The translations under genes and the position numbers were made by a program. 64,000 bases of DNA, from IMG/VR virus record IMGVR_UViG_3300044946_000428, positions 4,777 through 68,776 of that record, one strand, 5' to 3'. How positions within the stretch are numbered: position 1 is the first letter of the stretch; each line of letters opens with the position of its first letter. This document shows positions 63,380 to 64,000 of the stretch, piece by piece. The notes under the pieces were generated by a model, which saw only the letters and a program-made list of their open reading frames with translations, was not told the origin of the DNA and ran no database searches. The stretch comes from a virus.

Positions 63380-63871
63380 TTATGAGGCCGTGCGCTTTCC
63401 GGTCGGCGTATCAGGGTTCGTGTCTTTGTCGCGCAATCGCTGGGCCTTGACCTCGGCGAGCGTGAACCAGTTGCTCGCGTCCCGGAGCAGGTCTTCCTCG
63501 AGGCGGCGGCGCTGCTCGTCGGTCAGGCCGTCGGTGAGGGCGCGGACGCGGGCGATGAGGGGTTCGAGGTAGTCGGGGCCGGTGCCGTCGCGTGCCGTGA
63601 CGCGCTCGATGTAGTCGGCGGTGTCGGGGTGGCCGCCTTCGCGCAGGACGAGCGTGGCGGGCAGGTCGAGGACCGCGGCGACGCGGACGGCGATCTCGGC
63701 GGTGGGCAGGAGCTTGGCCTGGCGCCAGCGGGTGATGACGCTGGGGTCGACGGTGGGGGAGCGGTCGATGAGGCGGGAGAGCTCGCTGCCGCCGAGGTCC
63801 CGCTGGTCGAGTTGCGTGTCAATGAATGCGGCCCACCGGGCGCGGGTGTCGGTGGTTGGTTGGGCGGCCAT
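63380..63871 (-). CDS. XRE/Cro-C1 HTH immunity repressor
   Basis: LGGSELSRLI...VDPSVITRWRQAK..PT.E....VA..L.LP...L...G; AGGTG SD. Confidence 0.85.
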   Translation of the reverse strand: MAAQPTTDTRARWAAFIDTQLDQRDLGGSELSRLIDRSPTVDPSVITRWRQAKLLPTAEIAVRVAAVLDLPATLVLREGGHPDTADYIERVTARDGTGPDYLEPLIARVRALTDGLTDEQRRRLEEDLLRDASNWFTLAEVKAQRLRDKDTNPDTPTGKRTAS

Positions 63872-64000
63872 GGGTGGGCACCTCGTCTAGTCGGCTGGGC
63901 GCGACTGAGCTTAACGCATTTGACACCCAACGGGCCGTCGCAGTCCGCTGACGTACGGCGTGTCAGGTCCAATTCAGCAAGTTTGGGCCGCGCTCGCAAG

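Overview
High-GC actinomycete temperate siphovirus-type element covering the whole window; no host genes were recognised. From left to right: (1) a leftward early arm (1-10.2 kb) of small hypothetical genes with two rightward toxin-antitoxin-like islets, a PD-(D/E)XK nuclease, a candidate iteron origin, a P-loop helicase-like gene and a prim-pol gene; (2) a GntR/UTRA (KorSA-like) regulator and a Xis-like HTH; (3) a rightward early arm with two tRNA-like structured repeats, an array of tiny ORFs separated by a conserved hairpin repeat, and an AICE/plasmid-type conjugation module (DUF2637/Spd-like membrane proteins, FtsK/SpoIIIE TraB); (4) a complete morphogenesis region (terminase, portal-Nudix-MuF fusion, protease/scaffold, capsid, tail tube, tape measure, minor tails) with two HNH homing-endonuclease genes; (5) a lysis cassette; (6) an intact attP-like site containing the 3' end of a tRNA-Cys, a tyrosine integrase and an XRE repressor. 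The main candidates for undescribed biology are a phage carrying a TraB conjugation module, tRNA-mimic leaders with an anti-Shine-Dalgarno sequence in the anticodon loop, and a repeat-delimited microprotein cassette array. Family assignments come from motif recognition by eye; no database searches were run.
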